Shown in pieces: positions 1 through 10,426 of a stretch of 64,000 nucleotides of DNA. The translations under genes were made by a program, and so were the position numbers. The notes beneath the pieces are model-generated. The model did no database searches. It was not told the DNA's origin and saw only the letters and a list, made by a program, of their open reading frames with translations. How positions within the stretch are numbered: the first letter of the stretch is position 1; every line of letters starts with the position of its first letter. Source of the stretch: Dimorphilus gyrociliatus (Eukaryota; Animalia; Annelida). The stretch spans positions 4,666,408 through 4,730,407 of the forward strand of contig CAJFCJ010000006.1 in assembly GCA_904063045.1 (NCBI GenBank), written 5' to 3'.

Positions 1-891
1 AATATTGATTCCATTATTATTAACGCGTTAAGTAATTTTCTATAAGAAAAGTTTCGAATTCCTGGGTTGTCAGGCGCCGTTTACCGTTTACAATCTCGTT
101 AATTATGTAATTAGGCCGATAGACTAGTCGGAAGACGGCGACAACTATCCGACCACATGGGGCGTTTCTATTGCCGTCTCGCTTCATCATTTTGCAATTT
201 TTCACCATAATTTTCTCACTAGAATAACTCGATGGAAATTGCTAACGTATTTTTTTTTCAAAGCAATCTTCATCATCTGACCGTAAAAAACGTTCTTTTC
301 TCTCTTTATTCTTTCTTTTTGTTTATTCTCCCATAGCTGTTTTTTAATTAGGAGAAGCGAGCCGTGCATCACCACCATTTTCATGCTCTTTGCCTCTTCC
401 GTAAACAATACATCAGAATTTAGTTATTCTTCTTATCATTTAAGTCCTGTGTTAGTAACTTGAATTTCATAAGAAAAAGAAAAAAAATACGTTCAATTGT
501 TGTATAAGCAAAACGACTTGATTGTTGTGCCTTCACGCGCCTATGACCCGAATGAAAAACTACAGCAAGAAAGATTCTACGCCTGAACGATTGATGATGA
601 TCTTTCATTGATCTAAGAGTTCTTTTAATAGATAACTTTCTTTAAGAAAAAATTCTAAATTACACTCTGCCCTACCATTTTAATCTCTTAGAGCTTTTTT
701 TATTTTTCCGCTCCAAGTGTTATAAATTTAGTAAACTTCAATTATCTTTTTTGGCCCTATTATTGAATATTTACAGATTTAAACCGTTTTCAATACGAAT
801 AGACTGACACGAACCTAATGTATCGCTATTAACTTCTATTTTTAACTTTACATTCCCCTAATTGGTTAATCAACTTTTACGAGCGTCGACG

Positions 892-899
892 TATAAATA
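892..899 (+). promoter_or_regulatory. TATA-like box at about -30 of the 5S gene
   Basis: TATAAATA lies 23-30 nt upstream of the 5S +1, a position known for upstream TATA elements in invertebrate 5S genes. Confidence 0.55.
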
Positions 900-921
900 G
901 CCACAAATGTCTCTACCTATT

Positions 922-1040
922 GTATACGGCCATACGACGTTACAAGCACCGGTTCTCGTCCGATCACCGAAGTTAAATGACGTACGGCCCAGTCAGTACT
1001 TGGATGGGAGACCGCCTGGGAACACTGGGTGCCGTGTTCT
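922..1040 (+). rRNA. RNA5S: 5S rRNA gene, single dispersed copy
   Basis: 119-nt GTATACGGCCATACGACG...CCGATCACCGAAGTTAA...AGTACTTGGATGGGAGACCGCCTGGGAACACTGGGTGCCGTGTTCT matches metazoan 5S. Helix I (TACGGC/GCCGTG) pairs and helices II and V show compensatory changes. A Pol III T-run follows at 1040-1043. Confidence 0.97.
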
Positions 1041-1043
1041 TTT
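1040..1043 (+). terminator. Pol III terminator (TTTT) of the 5S gene
   Basis: T4 run immediately at the 3' end of the 5S sequence. Confidence 0.75.
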
Positions 1044-1849
1044 GTTGTATATATTTTCATAGTTTTTTCTATACTTTTCAATACTATCCATCAATGTTAG
1101 TCAGTTTATTTTGTACTAAGATCGACTTTTATTGTTATATAATAACGTTTATACTTTATTGCGATACCGATAAGGTAAAGTTTGTTCGTTACCTCGTCTA
1201 GCGACATCTATGAAAGTGTTTACGAACTATTTTTTGTGTGAACGTATATACTACACCGCCACCTACAGTATATAATATTGAAATGGAATAATTACTCCTA
1301 CAGCAAGAAATGAATAAAAGTTATTAAGTTATTAAAATTTTTGATGAGATAAAATTAATGAGAATTAAGGTAAAAATATTATGCGAAAATCGTTCAATTT
1401 AACAATTAAAACAGTCAAGGTGATACAAAGAATTACATGTTGTCTTCATAGAGAAAATGATGCTGACGTCATAGTAATAGGACTTAATATTATAAACAGT
1501 TGTTTACCAAAGTTTTATTAACTACAAACGATATATAAGTTGATGTTTTTTTTGTAATCAAAAATAGAATTCATAGTAGAGTTTAGGCTATTTTTCAGCT
1601 AAATATAAAAAACCTGCTATTATTATCATACGAATTTAAAAGCTATTAATTATTTACGGTGTAACTTTAGTCATTGTATGCAATTTTAAGCTAAAGTTTA
1701 GTAATAAGACACGTGTGAAAAATATACTTATTATCAAAAAATAAAACACTATTTGATCTATTTTAGCAGACCTCAATATGTAAATGAGCTCGAAAGAGGC
1801 TAAAGCGCACCCTACGTATATGTAATCTACGAGATTACATTACAATGTC

Positions 1850-1970
1850 ATCACTGCTCAAACCCAGGTTCAATCGTGCAACTCATTCGCCTTTTACTAA
1901 TCAGTTCCGTGGATCTGGGTTAAATTATGAGCTTAGTTTAATTTTTTTTCGCCCTAGTCTTACTGGGGCA
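1850..1970 (+). ncRNA. RNU5: U5 spliceosomal snRNA
   Basis: Invariant loop I CGCCTTTTACT (1888-1898) is closed by stem AACTCATT/AATCAGTT and followed by the conserved CCGTGGA internal-loop sequence. Further stems are AACCCAG/CTGGGTT and GCTCA/TGAGC. There is an Sm site AATTTTTTTTC (1940-1950) and a 3' hairpin GCCCTAGT-CTT-ACTGGGGC. Length is about 120 nt; ends are uncertain by about 3 nt. Confidence 0.93.
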
Positions 1971-4900
1971 TCTTATAAAAAGCTAAAAAATTTTTATCTA
2001 CGAAAGAATAGATATACTCTGACATTCCTCAAAGATTAGGTAAAGTGTTCAGAGTCGACAAAAGGGGTAACTCAAGTACGGCACTTTCGGAATCGAATAT
2101 CTCTTAACTTCTCTTACAGCCGACAATATCAAAACTTAAAAAAGAGAAATTTCCAACTAAGATACTTAAACTAACAAAATATTATAAAGATTTATATATA
2201 TTAGTATATATCCTTATGAATAATATTTCTCTTTCTTCTTATATATCCCTATCCACTAATATTTTTTTTATCAAGAGAAGGAGGGAATAAACAACAAAAA
2301 AGAAATAAAAGTTTATTCAACAGAGTCAATGTCTGTAAAAAGGATTACGGCTGTTCACACGGGACTAACAAAAGAGGACAGGTTTTACTATATTTTACAC
2401 AAAATAACCCTTGTGTATATATTATATAAATATACTCTTTATGTAAATGATACAAGTTATTAATAAAATAAAAAAGAACCATTTGAATATAATATAAACA
2501 AAAAAAAAACAACATTTACAATACATCTTCCACACTCTTTGATTCATTTGTTCTATTAGGCTCTAAAAGCATATATAGGCTTACACAGTTTAGTTTGTAA
2601 ATATACATTAAATAAAATTACATAATTGAGTAGAAATAGACTAATTTTCTTCTACTTTATTTTCTATTTTTTCCTGATTGTACTTGATTGAATGATTTAC
2701 CATACGGGAGACGGAGAGAGAGAAAGAGAGATGATTTACATTATAATGTTCCCTTCACCTATCATATCCATACAATTAACAATAATAGTAATCGTTATTT
2801 AAAACTGATAAATGTGGTTTTTTTTTTTGATATTCAACTTTTTTAATAAAAAAAAAAGAAACATGTTGTTCAGATGATAAGAATCCGTTTAGTTATTATA
2901 CGCTCTGTCTCTGTCTCTCTCTCTTGCCCTCATTTAACACATTTTCTGTTAAATAGATAAACACTAGAAAAGTAAAAGTGTTATTCTTGTTTTTCTGGTA
3001 TCACTATCTATAAATGAATGAGAGAATTATAATAAAGATTATTTCCAATGACTTTCTATTAAAATTTTAGATCATTAATTCCCTGAGAGAACAATATTTC
3101 TCTTTTATTTTATTTTTTTGTCAATGAAAAGGTCTTCTCTGATTTAGAGATAGAATATTCTCCGTTTTCTTCTTATTTATTCTTAAATACTATACCTGTT
3201 CTATCATGCTCAACTTGGGTGGTATTTTATCAAGATACTATCAAAAGAAGCTTTTTTTCAAGTGTCGTTGAACGCTGCGAAAACTTGAATTCGGATTTAA
3301 AGATTTATCACTTAAAAATAAATTAAATAGATATATTTTAATATGAGAAAAACAATTATCTTCTCTTTCTGATTTCTCTCTCTTAAAAAAAAAAGAAAAT
3401 ACAGAAGTTATGTTCAATATTTACAATAAAAATGAGAACTTTACAATAAGTATATAAAGACTAGAAACTCTTAACTGCCTATTGTCAAAGTTAAACAAAC
3501 GATTACGTCCCACAAAAACAATAATAATAATCGTCTTGTAAATAATTGTGATGACACGAAATGCTAATCTTCCACTAAATGACAACTAGAGTCAATAAAT
3601 GACAACGAATGACTACAACTAGGATATATAGCGATCAATGTAAATAATCGACAAAAAAAAATTTAGAATGATGATTGTTGAATACTTAAGATAATGATTC
3701 TATGAATACAACAGTAACGGTGTAATAATATCCTCTTTTTTCATTCTTACTAGACCTATCAAAACCGGAATATTTAAGTAAAGATTTGGTTTTTTATTCT
3801 TGCTTATCTTAGAATATTTTTTATCCGTTATGACTGTATAATAGAGGTATTTTTTTATGAGTAATTTAGGTATATACTTGAAATGACGACCATTGTATGG
3901 GTGTGTGACATATCTATAATCTTGACAGTTTCGTGTTGTTTTTACAAGTTACTATGTAGTCTTCATTTATCCCATTAGTTTTGCATACTTTATACATATA
4001 TAGTATTCTATTAAAATACAATACTTATAATTATTATCTCCTGATCTTTTTCCAAAGAAGGAATTATTCGAAACAACATTTAAGTTATAACTATCAAGCT
4101 GTTGACAAAAATTGTTATCTTTTTAATCTTTTATCAGCCAATGTTTGATCTAAAATACAATCGAGTTATTGTAACTAATTATGATGATAACAACATAACC
4201 AATAGAACGTTTTAGGGCTATTTTGCAATTATTTGATATTGTTACTATCTATCAAAGTAACGTATTTATATATTTTATATGCGGTATATATATATTGATA
4301 TAAATTTATACTCTTAGATAACTTCATTCTATTATACATTTGTTGTATTTATATGTATTAAGAGAATTTTAAGGGTAATAGCGTTGTGACCTCCATCCTT
4401 ATCAGATATTTTACACGATAGATGGCAGAGATGTTGTCGGGTAGGGAAAAAGGTAACCAAAAGATGCCATCACTGAAATTGTTTACCTAAGAGCGTGTGT
4501 AAAAAGTCTGCGCGTAATTCATCGATTCTTATGCATTTTTAAAAAGGGCAATAGCGATTGATAAACAGGGAGTTCTTTACAATGAAATATATAATGTAAT
4601 CGTACTGCAAATCGAAAAATGATCTATTGAGTACCTATATTTAAGTCAAATAAGACAATTTTGACAATATTTTATCGGATATCAATGCACTTAAACTTGA
4701 ACCCACGCAAACTTAGTTATTCTAATGGTCATGGGTCGAAAATCTTTTAAGAGTTATAATTGGGGGAAAAGTAGAAGATGTCGCTACTGTATTGGAACGA
4801 GTTAAGGATAACGAGTATAAATAACCCATTTGCCTTCATAAGACACGCGTCAGAAAGGCGAAAAAAGACTGTTATGTTGATAAAGATCGAGATGTAAAAA

Positions 4901-5149
4901 ATCTCTTCTACAACCTAAACGCTAACTTTGTCCATTCAAACTGAAAAGCGCACAATCAAACTTTTGTTGGGAGAAAGATAAAGGAAGGAAACACATCGTT
5001 AGGATCGGCTGCCCGTCAATCAAGTGCCTTATCATTGCTATATCGACCGCTGAAGGCTTAGGATTTATTTAATCGCTTACAAAATTGTATTAACTCCATC
5101 TCTAAACCGTGGATCGAATTGAGAAGCTTTAGTTTACAGGTAAGAAGCC

Positions 5150-5720
5150 GTGGTGTTTATACTCATTTCCGGCGCGGAAGCGCCTAGAAACGCGCAGCAT
5201 CCGGTCGCTGGAAATCGGTCTGCAACGGATTAGCTCGCTAAAACGCTCGTTACTATTGCTGCCGCGTATACGTATAAACATTCGAATCGCGCTAAACTAC
5301 GCGCATATGCGGCTAACTGCAGAACAAATAGCCGCCGGTAAACTAGGCGATTTACTCCATTTTTCCAGTTCTTCGCCTTTTGCTCCCTATAAAAAAAATT
5401 TCGCTACATATTATAGTCGTAGCTGTCAATCTAAAATCGTCCGGAAGTGACTAAGTCATAAGGATGGCTTTGTAAAATATTGTCTTATCGACTGCTAATT
5501 GTTTTATCGTTGACAGCTTTCTTAGTTATCTATTTGTAAATACGTATAAGGGATAGCACTAAGAAAGAAAAAGTCGCTTAGGCAGGGCGTTTTTTTCCGC
5601 CGTCCAGAAGCGTAACATTACAATACATAAACCGACCAATCAGCGATCGACTCGAATTCCTCCGACCAATCACCGTACCACTGTAAAGATATTACGAGAA
5701 ACTGTTACAGGCAGTAGCGG
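5150..5720 (+). promoter_or_regulatory. CpG-rich promoter region of the Dmrt gene, with an ETS site and tandem CCAAT boxes
   Basis: Locally high CG density in an AT-rich background; CCGGAAGTG at 5441-5449; identical CCGACCAATCA at 5632-5642 and 5662-5672, directly upstream of the ATG at 5722. Confidence 0.6.
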
Positions 5721-5721
5721 A

Positions 5722-8652
5722 ATGAACGTTTCGACGGCCGCTCCGATTTATCCGCTCACTGAAAAAGGAGCTCGCAAGCCAAAGTGTGCAAGATGCCGAA
5801 ATCACGGTATGGTCTCCTGGCTAAAGGGTCACAAAAGACACTGCCGTTACAGGGATTGTACCTGCGCCAAGTGCAATTTGATTGCCGAAAGGCAGCGAGT
5901 CATGGCCGCTCAAGTGGCTCTGAAAAGGCAACAAGCAGCTGAAGACGCTATAGCAATAGGATTGAGAGCTTGCACAGAAGGAACGGTGCCGATGCTCACA
6001 CCCGGTCCCCTTTGGGGACCAGGCACAGTTACTCCAGCTGAGAATTTGCAGGAAAACCCTAATTGTGGTATGTATACTCTCTGTACGAAAAACTATAGGC
6101 GCTTATATAAACAATGAGCGGCTTGGTACGTATTGTTTTACAAACGAAACACGTTAGGAAAAGGTTAAATATCGGCAATAATGATAAGGAATTGCCTAAA
6201 AAGTTAACAGGCGTAACAGACTTGTATATAGTACGCTGGACAGCAGCTGTCAAAACAGCCTTTAGCTATATCTGTGTCAGGTATATATAGGTTAGTAGGT
6301 CAGACTAGCGCATCGCTTCTTTGTTTGTCAAAGAGACGCAGAAGAATACCCTCGTAACAAACTTCCCCCTCTTTCTTATAAGCAATTATTAGTTTCCTGT
6401 CAGAGTAAAATATTAAAAAACTCACTACTTCACCGGTAAGTTGTGTATTTAAAGTATACCTTGTTCGTGAATGTAAATACATGGGTACACATATATTCAA
6501 CCACTTAAAAAGAACAAAATATATATATATATATATTTATATATATAGAGATAGTATAAATAGTATGAATATACAGTATATGTATAATATATATATATAT
6601 ATAATATATATGTTAAATAGGGAAAATATATATTAATATATCTATAGATATATTAAAACGTATGCATATATGTTTATCTATCGGTGTATGAGAGATAGTA
6701 TATATTTTAATATCATTCTCGGAAAAGTACAACTCTGTATGGCTAGATTTGCGCATATACATTTATACTTGACCACAAACTGACCGGGCGCTCACTGTGA
6801 GAAAGCGATCAAGTGGATAAACAAGAAAATTAGCCGTTCTCACCGAAAGTTTTGTTTGTTCTAGCCGTTGCGGACCCGTTTAATTGTGGCAGTAGGCGGC
6901 CGAAAAGGTCGACTCTTGTCATGACTGATAAGGGCGAGTAGTGTTTATTAAACGAAATAATTGGGACGGATATAGCGATAGTTTTTGTTTCTACATCTAG
7001 CATCTCACTTTCTTATCGGATTGAGACATGATAAGATTCTGCGAATGCTTCTAATTGACCATGAATAATAAATTAAGATCATAATGGAGTATAGTATATA
7101 TAAATATATCAGTTAGACGCTTTTAAAATAGGTTCGTATCAATGTTGTATAATTTGCGTATACGTTCAACAAATAAAGGATTCGAATTTCAATCGAAGTT
7201 TGTTTATACGCTTTTAGCGTGAAAGGCAATTAAGTTAATATGTTATAAATCCCTTTTTCATTAACTCTTTCTACACTTTCATTTCATCCTTTTAAGTTCA
7301 TTTTCCACGCCGTCATATTCCCATTATTATTTTAACGTTTTCCATTTTCTTATATATACATACTTTTTAACCTCTACTAGTTTTAACAACTAAAATAATA
7401 AAAATAGAAAAAGAGAACAAACTGTTTGATTTCTTATATATTAATACCGTTTAGATAACCTAGATAAAAAATCTATGAAATAAATAATATGTATACTATC
7501 AATTATTTATTATTCATATGTCAAAATGCAAAAATTACTTAATAATCCTCTTCCCATCATTCATATTTATATTAAATTATGTTTATGTAAATTTATGTGT
7601 ATGCGCATATAAACTTTGCCTCAATTATTCATTCATTAATTTATACATATTACATATATACACATATGTATAAATATATAACAAGTAATTTTATTTGTAC
7701 AATCTCTTTCGACCTTGCCCATAAACGACTTAATAGAAGAGTTTGTACAACGATTTTTTGATTTACTAAAGTAAATTAAACGAATAGTCATATTTAACAT
7801 TTTTTATCCATATATATTCATAAGAAGAACAAATTTTTTGTAAAAAGAGACTTGATTATATAAAAGCTTTCTGTATTTAAGCTTTTCATTAAACAATTTC
7901 GTTCAATATCGTTCCACCTGGCTATTTATATACCGTTTTTTTGGTCTTTGTTTAATAAATTTTCACTTCCTATAAATTTTTTTTAACCCTATTCTTCTCT
8001 ATTGTATTATGTGTTTTTGTTTGTATCATGTCTCTTAACTACCGCTTACCCCCTCTATCCTACTCAAATCTGTAACACACCTCCCGTAAATGCCCCCCGC
8101 CTCTTTTCCCCTTCCCCTGTTGGTCATTTCTTTGTAATGATGCGTATAAAAGGAAGCGATAATGAAGCGTTTAAGAAAATACTCTTCGGATAATTAGGTT
8201 TATCTAAATTCTACTAGTTTGACGGGTAGTCAATCAACTTTTTTTTAACTTGTAATAACAAATTTAATTAGGTCAAATTGTGTTTAAACTTTCTTTTTTA
8301 GGAGACTTTTTTTGTATTTTTCTAATTTATTCAGCCCTTTTTTAATCTCGCACCTGCCCTTTTAAGTGATTAGGAAACTTTACTCGCTTTCACTGACAAT
8401 AAAGTTTAACGGTTTAAGTACACAAAGCTCTTTATACATGATATATGTATACAAGCAGTAGCTGCCACCTCTAAAGCGAAATAAATAATAAATTTGCTGG
8501 CAAATACTCTGCCGTCAAACATCAAAAAATACCACGCGTCCTTCGCTCTATTGTTGACTTAATTATATTCGATATTTTCGTTCGCTTATTCCTTTCTATC
8601 CTAACCCCGTTTTCTTTTTTTTTTTGTTTATTCCCTTTACTCGCCTCCCTCT

Positions 8653-8704
<52 letters not shown>

Positions 8705-10426
8705 CCATACTATTTCTGTTTCACCCCCTTTCATACTTTTTTATTATCTACCTTCTTAGCTTCTTGCCCTTTTTGTGTTATGTTTAGGACGTAAGCAGTA
8801 TAACAAGTTTTTTTTATGTCTTGTACTTTTCTGTTATCATTTGTTATTTATTCAAGTTTTAAATCTTCTTTTTTTTGTTATGTTGTATAAATATATATTA
8901 AGTATCAGTTAGTTCATAGGCCTGTATGAAATTCCAGTCGGCATGAGAAAATGACCACCCAAAAAAGAATGCAAAGTTATATATACTGAAAATATTTGCA
9001 AACATATTCAATTTCACTTTTGAACTCGTTTAAAGTATCCAGTCGTACTTGAAAGCGTTTAATCCTCTTCTTGTAGGAGCTGTGCCTAGTGTATTGACTT
9101 GACTAATAACTCAACGTCATACGTTTGTTTATCATCGTCATTATATAACGATGACAAAAGAGATGCTTTTTCTTTTCTTCTTTCTTATATTATCCTTTAC
9201 TATATATACTTTATGCGGGACGTAAATTATATATTATATGGAACGGTGTCGCCTCATATATTTATACGGATTAAGTTACTCCGCTTTCACCGCTCGTTTG
9301 TTTCGAATAAACAAGGTAGACAATGTAAGTTTCGGAGGAGAAATGGCGCGGTTAAAGGATTAAAATGTCAACGGGGACGCGTTAAGCCATATATTCAATA
9401 TTTAAACCTTTCAGATACTCTTAATTATTGAAATATGTAAACATTGTCGAAAGTAAAACGGTTACCGCCATCGCCGGCGGGGTGTCCGCGCAATCGGTGT
9501 TTATGATTGCCCGATAACTAATATACACGTAGGGTGTACGTAGAATTATATCAAGTTATTTTTTAGACGCCTTAGGCAGGAAAAAAAACAAAATAAGGAT
9601 AAGGGGTGGAAAATCAATTGAATTGTAATGTAAGAAGGTGCGAGTTGTATCACGGTCATCGGACGGTTATTGATCACTTCTTGACGCTTGATCGAAGATC
9701 GAATAACTAAACGTCTCTTTCTTTCCAGATTCGTCACGTAAAGCGTCACCTGCCGCTTCAGAAAGCGATTCGATTATTGCCGTCGAAGATAATGAAGATG
9801 ACGACGACGATGAAGAATCAGAAGAAATGGAGCAAACAATTTCGGAAGAAAAGAAAGAGGTTGTTAAAAATGAGATGAAAGAAGAGAATGATAAAAAGAC
9901 GGATTCGTCTCCTAAACCTACGGCATACAGGCCTGGTCGTCTCAGTCATATGGAAATATTAGAAAGAATATTTCCGTTGCAGAAGAAGACAGTATTGGAG
10001 CTGGTTTTACATGGTTGTAACGGTGATCTAGTGAAGGCGATAGAACATTTTTTGTCCGCTCAAGACACGATCATTGCCCAACAACAGAGAAAAACTGATA
10101 CGGTGACAACGCCTAGAAGCGTATCTAATGGAAAGTCGGCCTTTAATCCGCCGCATCCAACTCTTCATTCGGCGTTCAGTCCTCGAGCTGCGGCTTTCAC
10201 GACCGAGGCGCTCTTAGCAAGACGACCCCACAATACTAGGATCACCCATAACCCGCCGGCTCCACCTATGCCACCACCTATTTTCGCTCATTCTCTCGCA
10301 ACTAACCCATTTCTTTTCCCTTTCGCTAGACCTCCCAGTTTTTTTCACGGCGGATTACCCCCTCTAAGGGGTGGAAATCGAACGCCTGATTCCGAACAAG
10401 ACTCTTGGAATGGGGAGCAGGAATAA
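5722..10426 (+). CDS. dmrt93B: Doublesex/mab-3-related transcription factor, Dmrt93B type (DM + DMA domains), 347 aa
   Basis: join(5722..6067,9729..10426). The GTATGT donor and TTCCAG acceptor join in phase 1 and the total is 1044 nt, in frame. The DM domain [24 protein letters not shown]...[13 protein letters not shown] carries Dmrt93B-type residues ([15 protein letters not shown]). The DMA domain is [13 protein letters not shown]...[14 protein letters not shown]. Confidence 0.93.
8657..8704 (+). repeat. Compound microsatellite (TC)n(AC)n in the Dmrt intron
   Basis: About 18 TC units directly followed by an AC run. Confidence 0.9.

Noticed and set aside
20-608. Short ORFs on both strands (e.g. 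...TQEFETFLIENYLTR; QNDLIVVPSRAYDPNEKLQQERFYA)
   Set aside because: No recognisable domain and no frame-consistent exon chain. A truncated neighbouring gene cannot be excluded but cannot be supported either.
977-1201. 74-aa ORF
   Set aside because: Overlaps the 5S rRNA gene and its terminator; no coding features.
1845-2039. 64-aa ORF
   Set aside because: Overlaps the U5 snRNA; the RNA structure explains the sequence.
5256-5450. 64-aa TTG-started ORF upstream of Dmrt
   Set aside because: Lies in the CpG-rich promoter, has no ATG and no homology signal.
6885-6935. GAAA-capped hairpin near CTGATAAG, resembling a hammerhead
   Set aside because: The core CUGANGA is not present and the three stems cannot be formed.
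9315-9450. ACAATGT/ACATTGT DM-domain core sites suggesting Dmrt autoregulation
   Set aside because: The flanks do not fit the full DM consensus, and such AT-rich 7-mers are expected by chance.
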